Of a stretch of 64,000 nt of DNA, positions 63,815 through 64,000 are shown piece by piece (positions within the stretch are counted from its first letter, which is position 1; every line of letters begins with the position of its first letter). Below the pieces are notes generated by a model. That model was not told the DNA's origin and did no database searches. It was given only the letters and a program-made list of their open reading frames with translations. Source of the DNA: Octopus bimaculoides (Eukaryota). The DNA is taken from assembly GCF_001194135.2 (NCBI RefSeq), contig NC_068990.1, positions 61,378,231-61,442,230 on the forward strand. Reading direction: 5' to 3'. Made by a program: the position numbers and the translations under genes.

Positions 63815-63872
63815 ATACCCTCTGGAAGAAGATGAGCTGTGAACTTATATTCCAGAAACAGCTGTAAGACTT
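63815..63872 (+). ncRNA. Degenerate minimal hammerhead motif in a Penelope-type terminal repeat
   Basis: CTGGAAGA-AG (63822-63831; extra G in the core) ... GAAACAGCTGTA-AGAC (63855-63870). Confidence 0.4.
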
Positions 63873-64000
63873 CAAATTCATCTTACCCTAATTAAATATT
63901 CTAAATAACTTGAGATACCTGTCCTGCCTTGGTTTTTGTTGTCCTTTCCCCTTTAATATAATATATATATATTCATTTATAAAATACACACACACACAAG

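Overview
AT-rich, highly repetitive animal genomic DNA with many N-gaps at microsatellites. The repeat families (tRNA-derived SINEs with CORE/V/Nin/Meta-type central domains, (TA)n/(TG)n/(TAA)n/(CATA)n tracts) look like an octopod cephalopod, probably Octopus; this is recognition from memory, not a search result. I find no intact host protein-coding ORF. Nearly all ORF-track entries are microsatellite or low-complexity artefacts, or transposon debris. The window reads as a very large intron or intergenic tract. It contains about 40 SINE copies, decayed LINEs (six R4/Dong-like RLE remnants, L1/Tx1, CR1, RTE, Penelope-like), Tc1/mariner relics (DD37D maT, DD34D mariner), hAT and piggyBac-type MITEs (some with clear TSDs) and a Helentron-like HINE. 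The most interesting signals are: (i) Penelope-type repeats carrying minimal hammerhead-ribozyme cores (GAAAC-AGCT-GTH); (ii) a (TAA)n-associated cluster of RLE LINEs plus a ~550-bp non-tRNA retroposon; (iii) long fold-back structures that could be ADAR substrates; (iv) a strong 15-nt microexon candidate in a 3.7-kb repeat-free island. All coordinates and alignments were read by eye; element boundaries are approximate unless a TSD is given.
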